Shown here: positions 24,325-24,433 of the stretch, one piece after another
Layout of the letters: each line of letters opens with the position of its first letter
How positions within the stretch are numbered: position 1 is the first letter of the stretch
IMG/VR virus record: IMGVR_UViG_3300037424_000176
Span: 1 to 24,433 of that record
Length of the DNA stretch: 24,433 bases
From: a virus
Lineage: Duplodnaviria; Caudoviricetes
Strand: one strand, 5' to 3'
Program-made: the position numbers and the translations under genes
The notes under the pieces: model-generated
Told to the model about the DNA's origin: nothing
Database searches by the model: none
The model's input: the letters and a program-made list of their open reading frames with translations, nothing else

Positions 24325-24433
24325 ACGCACTAAAGCAATCGGGGGCGGGTATCTTCCTGGTGCTGCTGGTGCTGCTGGCCTTCTTCCAGCTTGTCAACCC
24401 GGTGTTCCTGTCACCCGTCAACGTGGCGACCAT
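24321..24433 (+). CDS. Membrane protein N-terminus (3' truncated), resembling sugar ABC permeases
   Basis: ATGA overlap; MNALKQSGAGIFLVLLVLLAFFQLVNPVFLSPVNVAT. Confidence 0.45.
   Translation, partial: MNALKQSGAGIFLVLLVLLAFFQLVNPVFLSPVNVAT

Noticed and set aside
371-24330. Numerous minus-strand ORFs (e.g. 3027..3683, 14527..15231, 17942..18436)
   Set aside because: All are antisense shadows of well-supported + strand genes, with no recognisable motifs.
1-24433. CRISPR array, tRNA, integrase, reverse transcriptase/DGR, intron or intein
   Set aside because: No regularly spaced repeats, cloverleaf, RT motifs or splice motifs were seen; terminase and portal are of normal length.

Overview
The whole window reads as one co-directional (+ strand) segment of a tailed dsDNA phage or prophage. 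The GH25 endolysin and a GAAC-N4-GTTC SOS-type box weakly suggest a monoderm host. Gene order: (1) an early/replication region with a truncated cytosine-MTase-like gene, small Zn-binding ORFs, two beta-class N4/N6 DNA methyltransferases, an HNH nuclease, a replication initiator, an ABA-sandwich protein, a metallophosphoesterase and a DUF559-like nuclease; (2) a lysis block of holin-like proteins, a phosphoesterase and a GH25 endolysin; (3) a beta-rich protein and a PHP phosphoesterase joined by an apparent -1 frameshift signal; (4) terminase, portal, minor head protein, scaffold and major capsid; (5) a modification cluster right after the capsid genes: a GT4-FkbM fusion, a GT2, a stripped-down glutamyl-tRNA-synthetase paralog and a third DNA MTase. 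Most notable: the GluRS-like paralog in a capsid-linked glycosylation cluster, the frameshift cassette, three structured intergenic RNAs (c4-like kissing-loop element, repeat-bearing attenuator, anti-SD three-way junction), and MTases with shared ends and beta-clamp-like tails. All calls come from reading motifs by eye; no database search was run.
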